From: Fibrobacteria bacterium
GTDB taxonomy: Bacteria; Fibrobacterota; Chitinivibrionia; Chitinivibrionales; FEN-1185
DNA: 64,000 nt
Direction: 5' to 3'
Assembly (NCBI GenBank): GCA_037447435.1
Contig: JBBIGR010000020.1
Coordinates: 1 to 64,000 of the forward strand
A program made the translations under genes and the position numbers. The notes under the pieces are model-generated. The model did no database searches. It had not been told where the DNA came from and was given only the letters and a program-made list of their open reading frames with translations. Positions 27,567-36,588 of the stretch are shown one piece after another (the stretch's first letter is position 1; each line of letters begins with the position of its first letter).

Positions 27567-28507
27567 TTGGCAGAGTCTCCTTCTGCTGAGAGAAAATAAT
27601 TGTCCGAATGGTCAAGCAGCCAGCGTGCTTTTTGCTGGTTCAGGACATTGACCAGCCTGTTTGCCGTGCTTTTATTGACATCGATGCGCAAGGCGGTTTG
27701 CAATAAAGATTTGAATTCGGTTGCGTTTTGCGTCTTGACGCAAACCGTGGTTGCCAGCGCGATATACGGTGACAACTTTAATCCGTGGGAATATTCGACC
27801 GCTTTGGCGAAATGATACCGTGCCTTGGCCTCGCTGCCGCCCATGGCTTCGGGCATGCCGCCGTAATACGAGATGAAAAAATCGTGTGCCGCGCCTTCTC
27901 CGTACGAGTCGTTGATTTCCAAAACTTTGCAAAGCATGGCATAGGCTTTCGGGATGTCCATGCTCAGGCCCACGTCCGCTTTGTCTGCGGTGAATGCCGC
28001 CATCCACGACATTCCCGCCCAATACAAATACGAGGTGTCTTTCGCATGCATGTCGTGCAGTGCCGCGGCCATATCGCCTTTATCGATATTTGCAAGAAAG
28101 TTTTTATGTCTGATATTTATTGCGGCAAGGATATTGTCGCGTCCCCGCAAATACAGATGTTTGGCCCTGGATAGCATTTCTTCTTTTTGGGCCAGGTCGT
28201 TATAGCCGAGCTGTTCCGCAGGCATTTGTATGAACGCGTACGCATACATGCAAAGCGCTTTTCCCGTAGTCAAAAGAAGCTGGGGGTTTTTGGGAGATCC
28301 GGCGAGCAATGATTCGTACAGTTTAATGGCAAAAGGCAGCGCGTCACCAACCAGCTCGGGATCATCGTCTCCGGTAAAAACGCTGGAGCCGCTTTCTTTG
28401 GCAAGCGATGATGCGACGATGTTGATTGTTGTTTTCTTTACCGAACAGCCGAATTGCCCAAGGGCCAAGCAAAGTATTGAGATTCCTAAAATGAATTTAA
28501 AGCGCAT
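27563..28507 (-). CDS. TRAP-associated TatT lipoprotein
   Basis: Lipobox-like GQFGC, DDPELVGDALPFAIKLYESLL, helical repeats; upstream of dctP. Confidence 0.85.
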   Translation of the reverse strand: MRFKFILGISILCLALGQFGCSVKKTTINIVASSLAKESGSSVFTGDDDPELVGDALPFAIKLYESLLAGSPKNPQLLLTTGKALCMYAYAFIQMPAEQLGYNDLAQKEEMLSRAKHLYLRGRDNILAAINIRHKNFLANIDKGDMAAALHDMHAKDTSYLYWAGMSWMAAFTADKADVGLSMDIPKAYAMLCKVLEINDSYGEGAAHDFFISYYGGMPEAMGGSEAKARYHFAKAVEYSHGLKLSPYIALATTVCVKTQNATEFKSLLQTALRIDVNKSTANRLVNVLNQQKARWLLDHSDNYFLSAEGDSAK

Positions 28508-28698
28508 AACTACATTCCAATATACTTTTTAAACCGGTAAAATCATAATTAGTAATTGATTAATAACGTATCGCACAGCAAGGGATATTAAAGAACATTT
28601 TGATAAATCGCCTTGCCTATGCCTTGGAGATTATCGTATCCTACATATATTTTTTAATTGTTCCTTATAATGTGCCAATAAATCAAAAAGGAGCTTTG

Positions 28699-29223
28699 AT
28701 GAAATTCAATTTCGATGCCGCAATCAGAAAAGTCCCGGATTTTCCAAAACCCGGAATTTTATTTTACGATGTCACCAGCATATTTACAAGTCCTGCGGCA
28801 TACAAAGCCGCCATCGATGAAATGGTGGATCTGTATAAAAACGTTGCGGTCGACGGAGTAATTGCCATCGAAAGCAGAGGGTTTTTATTGGGTTCCTGCT
28901 TTGCATATCAGAGATCCGTGCCGCTTGTTTTGGCGCGTAAAAAGGGGAAATTGCCGGGGAAAACCGTTGAGGAAAGTTATAAGCTGGAATACGGCGAAGC
29001 CACATTGCAAATTCATTCCGCAGATTTGGTCAAGGGAAATTGGCTTATCATCGATGATTTGATCGCGACCGGCGGGACCATCGAAGCGGTTGCAAAAATG
29101 ATCGAACGTCAAGGTGGAACCGTTGCCGGCGTTTTCGGCGTCATCGGGTTGCCGTTCCTTAACTTTGCGGCAAAAATCGGTAAATACGGCCCCAAAACAC
29201 TCATCGATTATCACGGCGAATAG
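28699..29223 (+). CDS. apt: Adenine phosphoribosyltransferase
   Basis: PDFPKPGILFYD, IESRGF, RKKGKLP, LEYG, IIDDLIATGGT; AGGAG upstream. Confidence 0.96.
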   Translation: MKFNFDAAIRKVPDFPKPGILFYDVTSIFTSPAAYKAAIDEMVDLYKNVAVDGVIAIESRGFLLGSCFAYQRSVPLVLARKKGKLPGKTVEESYKLEYGEATLQIHSADLVKGNWLIIDDLIATGGTIEAVAKMIERQGGTVAGVFGVIGLPFLNFAAKIGKYGPKTLIDYHGE

Positions 29224-29238
29224 CACGGCTTAAACTGT

Positions 29239-29697
29239 ATGGAGTTTCGCCTTTATAAGGAACCGTATCACGAACCGTTCTTTCCGGGCAAGATACGGCT
29301 CCTGTTCGAATCGACGGCATCTCTGGACAACAATGGGGAGCGCGGCAACGATTTGTATTTGTACCTGTGGATAGACAACGGGAACTTTCTTTCCGCATTT
29401 CAGGCTGTTTTGGATGAAGACCTGGTTTTAGACTTTCATGCGCCCGACAAACTCGAATTTTCCAGGATCACAGCAAAACCCATTAAGCGGTCGATGGCCA
29501 GGACTATCGACGACAATGAAAAGAAACGGTTCCTCTCTTTGCTTTCCGATATAAAAGGTACTGAGTTTGCCCGGCTTTTAACGACAGTTGACGAAATCGT
29601 GCATTCGGACGGCAATGATTTTCCCGTATGCGATTTGACGCAGGAAGATCGCGCAATGCTTGCGGAACTTGAAAAGAAAACAGGCAAAAACCAATAA
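29239..29697 (+). CDS. Hypothetical protein
   Basis: 152-aa ORF 15 nt after apt; no motif recognised. Confidence 0.65.
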   Translation: MEFRLYKEPYHEPFFPGKIRLLFESTASLDNNGERGNDLYLYLWIDNGNFLSAFQAVLDEDLVLDFHAPDKLEFSRITAKPIKRSMARTIDDNEKKRFLSLLSDIKGTEFARLLTTVDEIVHSDGNDFPVCDLTQEDRAMLAELEKKTGKNQ

Positions 29698-29704
29698 TGA
29701 AACC

Positions 29705-29891
29705 CACGGAACTGTTCCCGTTTCAACCATCGGACTTCCCCAATCCGTTGCTTCGCAACTGGATAGTTTTAGCTGAGATCATATCTGCACGTTTCGTGCA
29801 GATATTTTCTATGATAGTCACTAACTCGTCCCATTTCATGGGACTCAAACAGGGAGCCCTGTCCTTTGGCTGAAACGGGAACAGTTCCGTG
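29705..29891 (-). other. 187-bp structured element, copy B: 25-bp terminal inverted repeat enclosing four hairpins (ncRNA or MITE-like)
   Basis: 29705-29729 versus 29867-29891 match 24/25 as inverted repeats; core homologous to 10012-10088. Confidence 0.75.
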
Positions 29892-29926
29892 TGAGTCGTT
29901 TTATATATGAACTGAGGAAAACCGGT

Positions 29927-31315
29927 ATGACATTCGATAGAATCGATGCTGTTTTACGGGCGGGAAAGGAAGGCCAGGCCGTTTGCGTATCCGGATGGAT
30001 ACGGACCAGGCGCGATGCCAAAGGGTTTTGCTTTTTGGAAGTAAACGACGGATCGTGCATGACCTCGATGCAGGTCGTTGCCGACGCGTCTCTTGGAAAT
30101 TTCTCCGAAGAGATTATGGTTTTGACAACCGGCAGCGCGGTGCGATGCGAGGGCGTTCTGGTGAAATCCCCGGGCAAAGGCCAGGCATATGAATTGCGGG
30201 CAACTACCGTGACGGTTTACAGTATTGCGCCGTCGGAGTATCCGCTGCAGAAAAAACACCACACGTTCGAATTCTTGCGGGAAATCGGGCATTTGCGGCC
30301 GCGCACGAATTCTCTGGGCGCCGTGGCCCGTTTGAGAAGTTCGTTGTCGTATGCGGTGCACACGTTTTTTACCGGACAAGGGTTTCAGTACGTGCATACG
30401 CCTATCATTACGACAAGCGATTGCGAAGGCGCGGGAGAAATGTTCACCGTCAGTACCTTGCAAGCTGAGAATATCCCGAAAAAGGGGGATAATTCGGTGG
30501 ACTGGAGCAAAGACTTTTTCGGGAAAAAGGCGCATCTGACGGTCAGCGGCCAGCTCGAAGCCGAGATTTACGCAATGGCAATGGGCCGCGTCTATACCTT
30601 TGGCCCCACTTTTAGGGCCGAAAACTCGAACACGCCGCGTCATTTGGCCGAGTTCTGGATGATAGAACCTGAAGCGGCTTTTTTCGAACTTGCCGACGAC
30701 ATGCGGCTGGCGGAGGAATTCGTTCGATACCTTGTAAAGCACGCGCTCGAACACAATCAGGAAGACCTGGCGTTTTTCAATCAGCGGATAGACCCTATGC
30801 TGCTTAAAACCCTTGAAACCATTGCCCAAAACGAATTCGGACGCATATCGTATACCGATGCGGTTAGCGAACTTGAAAAAAACAACGCGAATTTCGAATA
30901 TAAGGTCGAATGGGGAAGCGATTTGCAATCCGAGCACGAGCGGTTTCTTTCCGAGAACGTCTTTAAAAAGCCGGTGATCGTGCATGATTATCCAAAACAG
31001 ATCAAAGCGTTTTACATGAAGCAGAACGACGATAATAAAACGGTTCGCGCCATGGACGTCCTGGTGCCGCGCATCGGCGAACTCATCGGCGGCAGCCAGC
31101 GCGAAGACCGGTTGGACGTGCTTCGCAGCCGTATTTCGGAACTCGGATTAGACGAGAAAAATTATTGGTGGTATCTTGATTTGCGGAAATTCGGGGGCGC
31201 GCCGCATGCGGGGTTCGGTCTTGGGTTCGAGCGATTATTACTTCTGATGACCGGGCTTGCAAACATCAGGGACGTGATTCCGTTTCCCCGGTATCCGGGG
31301 AACGCCGAGTTTTAA
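29927..31315 (+). CDS. asnS: Asparagine--tRNA ligase
   Basis: [49 protein letters not shown]. Confidence 0.97.
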   Translation: MTFDRIDAVLRAGKEGQAVCVSGWIRTRRDAKGFCFLEVNDGSCMTSMQVVADASLGNFSEEIMVLTTGSAVRCEGVLVKSPGKGQAYELRATTVTVYSIAPSEYPLQKKHHTFEFLREIGHLRPRTNSLGAVARLRSSLSYAVHTFFTGQGFQYVHTPIITTSDCEGAGEMFTVSTLQAENIPKKGDNSVDWSKDFFGKKAHLTVSGQLEAEIYAMAMGRVYTFGPTFRAENSNTPRHLAEFWMIEPEAAFFELADDMRLAEEFVRYLVKHALEHNQEDLAFFNQRIDPMLLKTLETIAQNEFGRISYTDAVSELEKNNANFEYKVEWGSDLQSEHERFLSENVFKKPVIVHDYPKQIKAFYMKQNDDNKTVRAMDVLVPRIGELIGGSQREDRLDVLRSRISELGLDEKNYWWYLDLRKFGGAPHAGFGLGFERLLLLMTGLANIRDVIPFPRYPGNAEF

Positions 31316-31330
31316 GATGGAACGGTTACC

Positions 31331-31888
31331 GTGTTGAACAAGCATACGAACAATATCGTTCTCATCGGGTTTTCGGGCAGCGGCAAATCGTCGGTAGGAA
31401 AGTTGCTGGCGCCCCGTTTGGGTTTTGCATTTGTCGATCTCGACACGCAGATAGAACGTGCGCATAAGGACCACAGCGGCAACGTTCTTACCTGCCGGCA
31501 GATTTATTCCGAGTTCGGCCAGGCGTATTTCGACGAATTGGCGCTTGAGGCGTTCGGTTTTTTAAAGGGGCAAACGGGCATCGTGCTTTCCACCGGCGGC
31601 GGCGCCATCACGGTGATTGATATACGCAATACGATTAAAGATTTCGGTACCGTGTTTTATCTTGACACAAAGCCCCAAATTATCTTTAATCGGTTGAAGA
31701 AAAGAGGGTTCCCGCAGTTCTTGAAGTCCGATCCGACGCTTGAAAATGTCGAAAAGCATTGGGAGGCGCGGAACTCGTTATACGGGGAATCGTCCCATTT
31801 CTGCATCGACAACAGTGCGCAAAAACCGGATGAGACGGTTGACGAAATCATAAAAATACTGCAGCACAATGAAAAAGGAGACCGCTGA
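31331..31888 (+). CDS. aroK: Shikimate kinase
   Basis: [23 protein letters not shown]; upstream of aroC. Confidence 0.9.
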   Translation: MLNKHTNNIVLIGFSGSGKSSVGKLLAPRLGFAFVDLDTQIERAHKDHSGNVLTCRQIYSEFGQAYFDELALEAFGFLKGQTGIVLSTGGGAITVIDIRNTIKDFGTVFYLDTKPQIIFNRLKKRGFPQFLKSDPTLENVEKHWEARNSLYGESSHFCIDNSAQKPDETVDEIIKILQHNEKGDR

Positions 31889-32991
31889 TGTCCAATACCT
31901 TCGGTTCGATTTTTCGGGTCACGACATTCGGAGAATCCCATTGCAAAGGGGTCGGTGCCGTTGTTGACGGTTGCATTCCGCGACTGGAACTTTCCGAGGC
32001 CGATATTCAGCCGCAGCTCGACCGCAGGCGGCCGGGTCAAAGCAATATGACTACCGCGCGCGCCGAATCCGACACCGTGACCATCGTGTCGGGCGTTGAA
32101 AACGGATTTACATTAGGTACTCCTATCGCATTGCTGGTTCCCAATACCGACCAGCGTCCGGGCGATTACGCGGAAATGTCGAACATTCCGCGGCCGTCGC
32201 ATGCGGATTTTACGTATTTGCAAAAATACGGCATAAAGGCCTCAAGCGGCGGCGGCAGGTCGAGCGCCCGCGAAACAATCGGCAGGGTCGCCGCGGGTGC
32301 GATTGCGGAAAAAATATTGAAGCAGCGTCACGGTATCGAAATCGTGGCATGGGTAAGTTCGGTGGGCGATATTCGTACCGACGATGTGCCGATGCTGACG
32401 GTACAGCGCCGCGATGTCGATTCGTCTATTGTCAAATGTCCCGATACGGCTGTTTCGCAAAAAATGATCTCTCTGGTGGCTTCGGTCAAGGACGACAACG
32501 ATTCGATCGGAGGCGTCATCACCTGCGTGTGCCGCAACGTGCCGGCAGGATGGGGCGACCCGGTGTTCGACAAACTGGAAGCAAAATTCGCCCAGGCAAT
32601 GCTTTCGCTTCCGGCGACAAAGGGTTTTGAAATCGGTTCCGGTTTTGCCGGAACGAGTATGCGGGGGTCGCAGCACAATGATCCGTTTATAAAAAAGAAC
32701 AAAAAAATCGGCACCAGCACGAATCACAGCGGCGGCATTCAGGGCGGTATTTCGAACGGCGAAGCCGTTTATTTCAAAGTCGCGTTCAAACCCCCCGCAA
32801 CAATCGGTAAAGAACAAAAAACCATCGATTACGACGGCAACGACACGTTGCTTTCCGCAAAAGGCAGGCACGATCCCTGCGTGGTTCCGCGCGCGATTCC
32901 CATTGTGGAATCCATGGCCGCGTTGGTCCTTGTCGATTGCGCGGTGAGTCAGGCGTGTTTGGGGGTGGTTGCAGGAAAACAAACCATTTGA
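31888..32991 (+). CDS. aroC: Chorismate synthase
   Basis: [35 protein letters not shown]. Confidence 0.98.
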   Translation: MSNTFGSIFRVTTFGESHCKGVGAVVDGCIPRLELSEADIQPQLDRRRPGQSNMTTARAESDTVTIVSGVENGFTLGTPIALLVPNTDQRPGDYAEMSNIPRPSHADFTYLQKYGIKASSGGGRSSARETIGRVAAGAIAEKILKQRHGIEIVAWVSSVGDIRTDDVPMLTVQRRDVDSSIVKCPDTAVSQKMISLVASVKDDNDSIGGVITCVCRNVPAGWGDPVFDKLEAKFAQAMLSLPATKGFEIGSGFAGTSMRGSQHNDPFIKKNKKIGTSTNHSGGIQGGISNGEAVYFKVAFKPPATIGKEQKTIDYDGNDTLLSAKGRHDPCVVPRAIPIVESMAALVLVDCAVSQACLGVVAGKQTI

Positions 32992-33016
32992 CGTTAAACG
33001 TTAAACAGGGTATATT
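32988..33016 (+). promoter_or_regulatory. Sigma-70 promoter with overlapping palindromic operator for higBA
   Basis: TTGACG-N17-TATATT; inverted repeat TTGACGTT-A-AACGTTAA (32988-33004); ATG begins 7 nt after the -10. Confidence 0.7.
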
Positions 33017-33022
33017 TATACC

Positions 33023-33310
33023 ATGATTCGGACATTTAAAGATCGCGAAGCCGAAAAGATATTCAATAGGGAATATTCCCGAAAGTTACCGACCGATATT
33101 CAGGAAATAGCTTTACGGAAACTGAGAATGCTAAACCGATCAATGTCCATAAATGATTTGAGGATACCGCCCTCGAATCATTTGGAAAAAATGAAGGGTG
33201 ATCGTGATGGCCAATATTCGATTCGGATAAACGGACAGTGGAGAGTATGTTTCGAATGGCACGGAAATGATGCTTTTAAGGTGGAAATTGTCGATTATCA
33301 TAAAGGGTAG
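33023..33310 (+). CDS. higB: HigB (RelE/ParE superfamily) toxin
   Basis: MIRTFKD...ALRKLRML...DLRIPPSNHLEKMKGDRDGQYSIRINGQWRVCF...EIVDYH. Confidence 0.93.
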   Translation: MIRTFKDREAEKIFNREYSRKLPTDIQEIALRKLRMLNRSMSINDLRIPPSNHLEKMKGDRDGQYSIRINGQWRVCFEWHGNDAFKVEIVDYHKG

Positions 33311-33314
33311 AAAT

Positions 33315-33617
33315 ATGAAAACAAAAAAACTCGCACCAGTTCATCCCGGGGAAGTTTTACAACATGAATTTATCATTCCCATGGGATTGACACAAAATAA
33401 GCTTGCAATAGCGCTTCATGTGCCTGCACGAAGGATTAATGAAATTGTGCTTGGAAAAAGGAGCATTACAGCCGATACCGCGATTCGTTTATCCAAGTAT
33501 TTCAAAAATTCTGCTCAATTCTGGCTGGGGCTTCAGATGGATTTTGATTTGGATATTGCCGCAGACAAGCTAGAAAGTAAAACGAATCGGGAAATATACC
33601 CGAGGATGGCAGTTTAG
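33315..33617 (+). CDS. higA: HigA antitoxin (HTH)
   Basis: PVHPGEVL, RINEIVLGKRSITADTA, FWLGLQ. Confidence 0.93.
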   Translation: MKTKKLAPVHPGEVLQHEFIIPMGLTQNKLAIALHVPARRINEIVLGKRSITADTAIRLSKYFKNSAQFWLGLQMDFDLDIAADKLESKTNREIYPRMAV

Positions 33618-33707
33618 ATTCCTAATGTGCGTCAGATTTCATTGGATGACGATTGGTCGGCATTACGATTCAGGAATAAAAAGTTTGTAAAGTAAAAAGG
33701 ATTTGAA

Positions 33708-34199
33708 ATGGGAAAAACGGTTTTGAAATACGGTATTGTTTTATTGCTGCTGCTTATTGGCTGCAGTGCGGATTTTATTTCCAAAAAATGGGCAAAAGAC
33801 AATTTGCAGGACAAACCGACAATAACGGTACTAAAAGGGGTTTTAGACCTGGGATATTCCGAAAATCGGGGAATGATTTTCGGTATACAAAACGGGAAAA
33901 TGCCGAAAACCGCACGGACCGTTGTCGTTGTTTTGCGGGTTATTATTTTCATCGGCCTCCTTGTTTTTATTTGGATAAACCGGAAAAAATCGTTTATGTA
34001 CCTGTTTCCGTTTCTCCTTTTTGCCGACGGCGCAATCGGTAATCTGATAGACCCGTTCGTATACGGCTATGTGGTCGATTTTATCCATATGCAAGCGGGC
34101 AGCCTTTTTAACTGGCCCTTTTATTTCAACCTTGCCGACGCCTACATAACAATAGGATTTGTGATATTATTTGTTTTTCAGGGATTCAAGATACGTTGA
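33708..34199 (+). CDS. lspA: Lipoprotein signal peptidase II
   Basis: ADFISK, ENRGMIFG, GAIGNLID, VVDFI, FNLAD. Confidence 0.88.
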   Translation: MGKTVLKYGIVLLLLLIGCSADFISKKWAKDNLQDKPTITVLKGVLDLGYSENRGMIFGIQNGKMPKTARTVVVVLRVIIFIGLLVFIWINRKKSFMYLFPFLLFADGAIGNLIDPFVYGYVVDFIHMQAGSLFNWPFYFNLADAYITIGFVILFVFQGFKIR

Positions 34200-34210
34200 C
34201 AAAAATATCG

Positions 34211-34225
34211 TGGCATTCGATTTGC
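34211..34225 (+). promoter_or_regulatory. Possible sigma-54 promoter
   Basis: TGGCATTCGATTTGC has the GG-N10-GC spacing. Confidence 0.45.
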
Positions 34226-34249
34226 TGTTATTAATTACCAAACCGGGGT

Positions 34250-35020
34250 TTGGAACAAATGAAAACAAGCATAATGCCGAAGATGTTGAAAAGATGTATC
34301 CTTTTTAAAGCTGCAGTCTTTATTTTCGCCTTATCCGCTGCGTGGGCCGGTCCGCCGTTTCGCACCGATGATCCTGAGCCTGTCGAATTTCATCATTGGG
34401 AATTTTACCTGGCGTCTCAACTTTCGCATGACGATAACGGTACGACCGGCACGTTACCGCATGTCGAGGTAAATTACGGCATCGCTTTCGAAACCCAATT
34501 GCATCTGATTGTTCCCCTTTCGTTTAACAGATTGAATACCGGAGATTTTTCGTATGGACCCGGGGATATTGAGCTGGGAATTAAATACCGGTTTATCGGG
34601 GAATCCGCTTTTCATCCTCAGGTTGGCGTTTTTCCGTTATTGGAAATACCGACCGGTAACGAATCGAAAGGATTGGGAAACGGACACGCGCAGTTTTTTT
34701 TGCCCTTGTGGGCCCAAAAGAGTATAGGCGATTGGACGCTTTACGGCGGCGGAGGATATTTATTTAATTTTGCCTCCGATCGGGCCAATACGATATTCTT
34801 AGGGCAAGAAGGGCAATACGATATTTCCAAAAGTATCACCCTTGCCGCCGAATTGTTCGGCGTAATTAATCCCGCCAACAGCATCGACAATGAGCTGGCA
34901 TTCTCGGTCGGCGCAATTGTCAATTTCAGCGAATCGGACCATTTCCTTTTTTCCGCCGGAAGAGACATTCGGGGAAACAGCGATATTGTCCTGTATGCCG
35001 CATATCAGCGTACGTGGTGA
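34250..35020 (+). CDS. Putative outer-membrane beta-barrel 'transporter' family protein (start may be a few codons downstream)
   Basis: Signal peptide, GPPFRTDDPEP, GDIELGIKYRF, PTG, terminal aromatic residue W. Confidence 0.75.
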   Translation: MEQMKTSIMPKMLKRCILFKAAVFIFALSAAWAGPPFRTDDPEPVEFHHWEFYLASQLSHDDNGTTGTLPHVEVNYGIAFETQLHLIVPLSFNRLNTGDFSYGPGDIELGIKYRFIGESAFHPQVGVFPLLEIPTGNESKGLGNGHAQFFLPLWAQKSIGDWTLYGGGGYLFNFASDRANTIFLGQEGQYDISKSITLAAELFGVINPANSIDNELAFSVGAIVNFSESDHFLFSAGRDIRGNSDIVLYAAYQRTW

Positions 35021-35171
35021 CCGCCCTTATTCCCGGATAGCGGCTTGCTTTTCGAAGCGAACGCGATAAGGGAAGCAACGGGAAGTGGAATCACAAGACA
35101 AATAATTGCAGGAAATGTATACTGTATACTGTGATGGTTCGATCGGTATAAACCTTTTTACAGAGCGTAGT

Positions 35172-36479
35172 ATGACCCTTACCCACGATAGTAAAATCAA
35201 AACCGCATGGAACATCGTTCTTGCGATGGTCGTGTTCGCCGTGACGCCGCATTTGTCGTACAGGTTGACTTTTAATATCAACAAGCCGGACGGATGGTAC
35301 TGGTTCTTAATCGGGATTTATTGGCTTGATTGCGTTCAGGGGTTTCTGGTTTCGGTACGGTCGAAACTGAAGTTCTACAAAACAAATAAGGAAATCGCGC
35401 GGCATTACATACGGCGCTGGTTTGTTTTGGATGTTTTGGCGGCAACGCCGTTCGAATGGCTCCTCGCATTAAACGCTCATTTGCCTCATTCGCGCGTTCT
35501 TGCGTTGGCGATTACGGTGATACGGCTCTTATTCCTTGTAAAGGTCATAAAAATCCCGTACCTTTTGTTCCAAATTCAGGAAAACTTAAACCTGAATCCC
35601 CTGGCGATCAGGTTGCTCAATTTCTCTTTCTTTTTTTCCAATGCGGTACATTACATGGCGCTGGGATGGATACTGATCGGCGCGTCGGAAACCGCACGCC
35701 CGTTTCTCGACCAATATATCAGGTCGCTTTACTGGTGCATAACCACGGTCGCCACGATCGGCTACGGCGATTACTATCCCAATCACGACAGCAACATTCA
35801 AATCGTGTATACCATGATCGTGATGATTTTCGGCGTCGGCATGTACGGCTACATCATCGGTAATATGTCGGCGATCATCGCAAACCTCGACGGAGCGAAA
35901 AGCGCGTACATAAAAAAAATGGAGGAAATCAACGGGTTTCTCCGGGTGAAAAACGTTCCCAAAGATCTTCAGGTCCGGGTCAGGGATTATTATTCGTATA
36001 TGTGGGAAACCAGGAAAAACGTTTCCACCGCCTCGATCATCAGCGAATTGCCCCGATCGAGCGCCATAGACATTTTATTGTTTCTCAATAAGGACATTGT
36101 CGGCAAGGTGAGTTTTTTCAAAAATGCGAACGACATATTCATCAGGGAAATTATCGAGCTGTTGGTTTCGGAAGTGTATTTGCCCGGCGATCATATAATA
36201 CGACAAGGCGAATACGGCGATTGCATGTTTTTCCTCAGCTCGGGCAGCGTCGAAGTGCTTGTCAACGGAAGCGTGGTGGCGACATTGCATGAAGGGTCGC
36301 CTTTCGGCGAAGCCGCACTTTTATTCAATGAAAAACGCAATGCAAGCGTCAGGACATTGACCTATTGCGATGTGTATAAATTGTCGAAAAGCGATTTCGA
36401 TATTTTACGGGGAAAATACCCTGAATTCGATATGGAAATGAAAAAAGTGACCGATGCCAGAGTGCAGAATAAGAAATAG
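35172..36479 (+). CDS. Cyclic-nucleotide-gated potassium channel (SthK/HCN-like)
   Basis: 6 TMs, filter TTVATIGYGD, C-linker, CNBD FGEAALL...RNASV. Confidence 0.92.
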   Translation: MTLTHDSKIKTAWNIVLAMVVFAVTPHLSYRLTFNINKPDGWYWFLIGIYWLDCVQGFLVSVRSKLKFYKTNKEIARHYIRRWFVLDVLAATPFEWLLALNAHLPHSRVLALAITVIRLLFLVKVIKIPYLLFQIQENLNLNPLAIRLLNFSFFFSNAVHYMALGWILIGASETARPFLDQYIRSLYWCITTVATIGYGDYYPNHDSNIQIVYTMIVMIFGVGMYGYIIGNMSAIIANLDGAKSAYIKKMEEINGFLRVKNVPKDLQVRVRDYYSYMWETRKNVSTASIISELPRSSAIDILLFLNKDIVGKVSFFKNANDIFIREIIELLVSEVYLPGDHIIRQGEYGDCMFFLSSGSVEVLVNGSVVATLHEGSPFGEAALLFNEKRNASVRTLTYCDVYKLSKSDFDILRGKYPEFDMEMKKVTDARVQNKK

Positions 36480-36588
36480 CCTGGGGGCTTATCGCCGGCG
36501 TTTGCGATGCGTTTATGTTTTACTATCGCAAAAAAAAAAAAGAAAGGATATAATAGGGAGAACGTCTAAAAAGGAATGTTAAACGGGC

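Noticed and set aside
29705..29926. T-box riboswitch or retron upstream of asnS
   Set aside because: No GGTGGNACC T-box motif or terminator on the + strand, and no reverse transcriptase in the window. Kept as an unassigned element.
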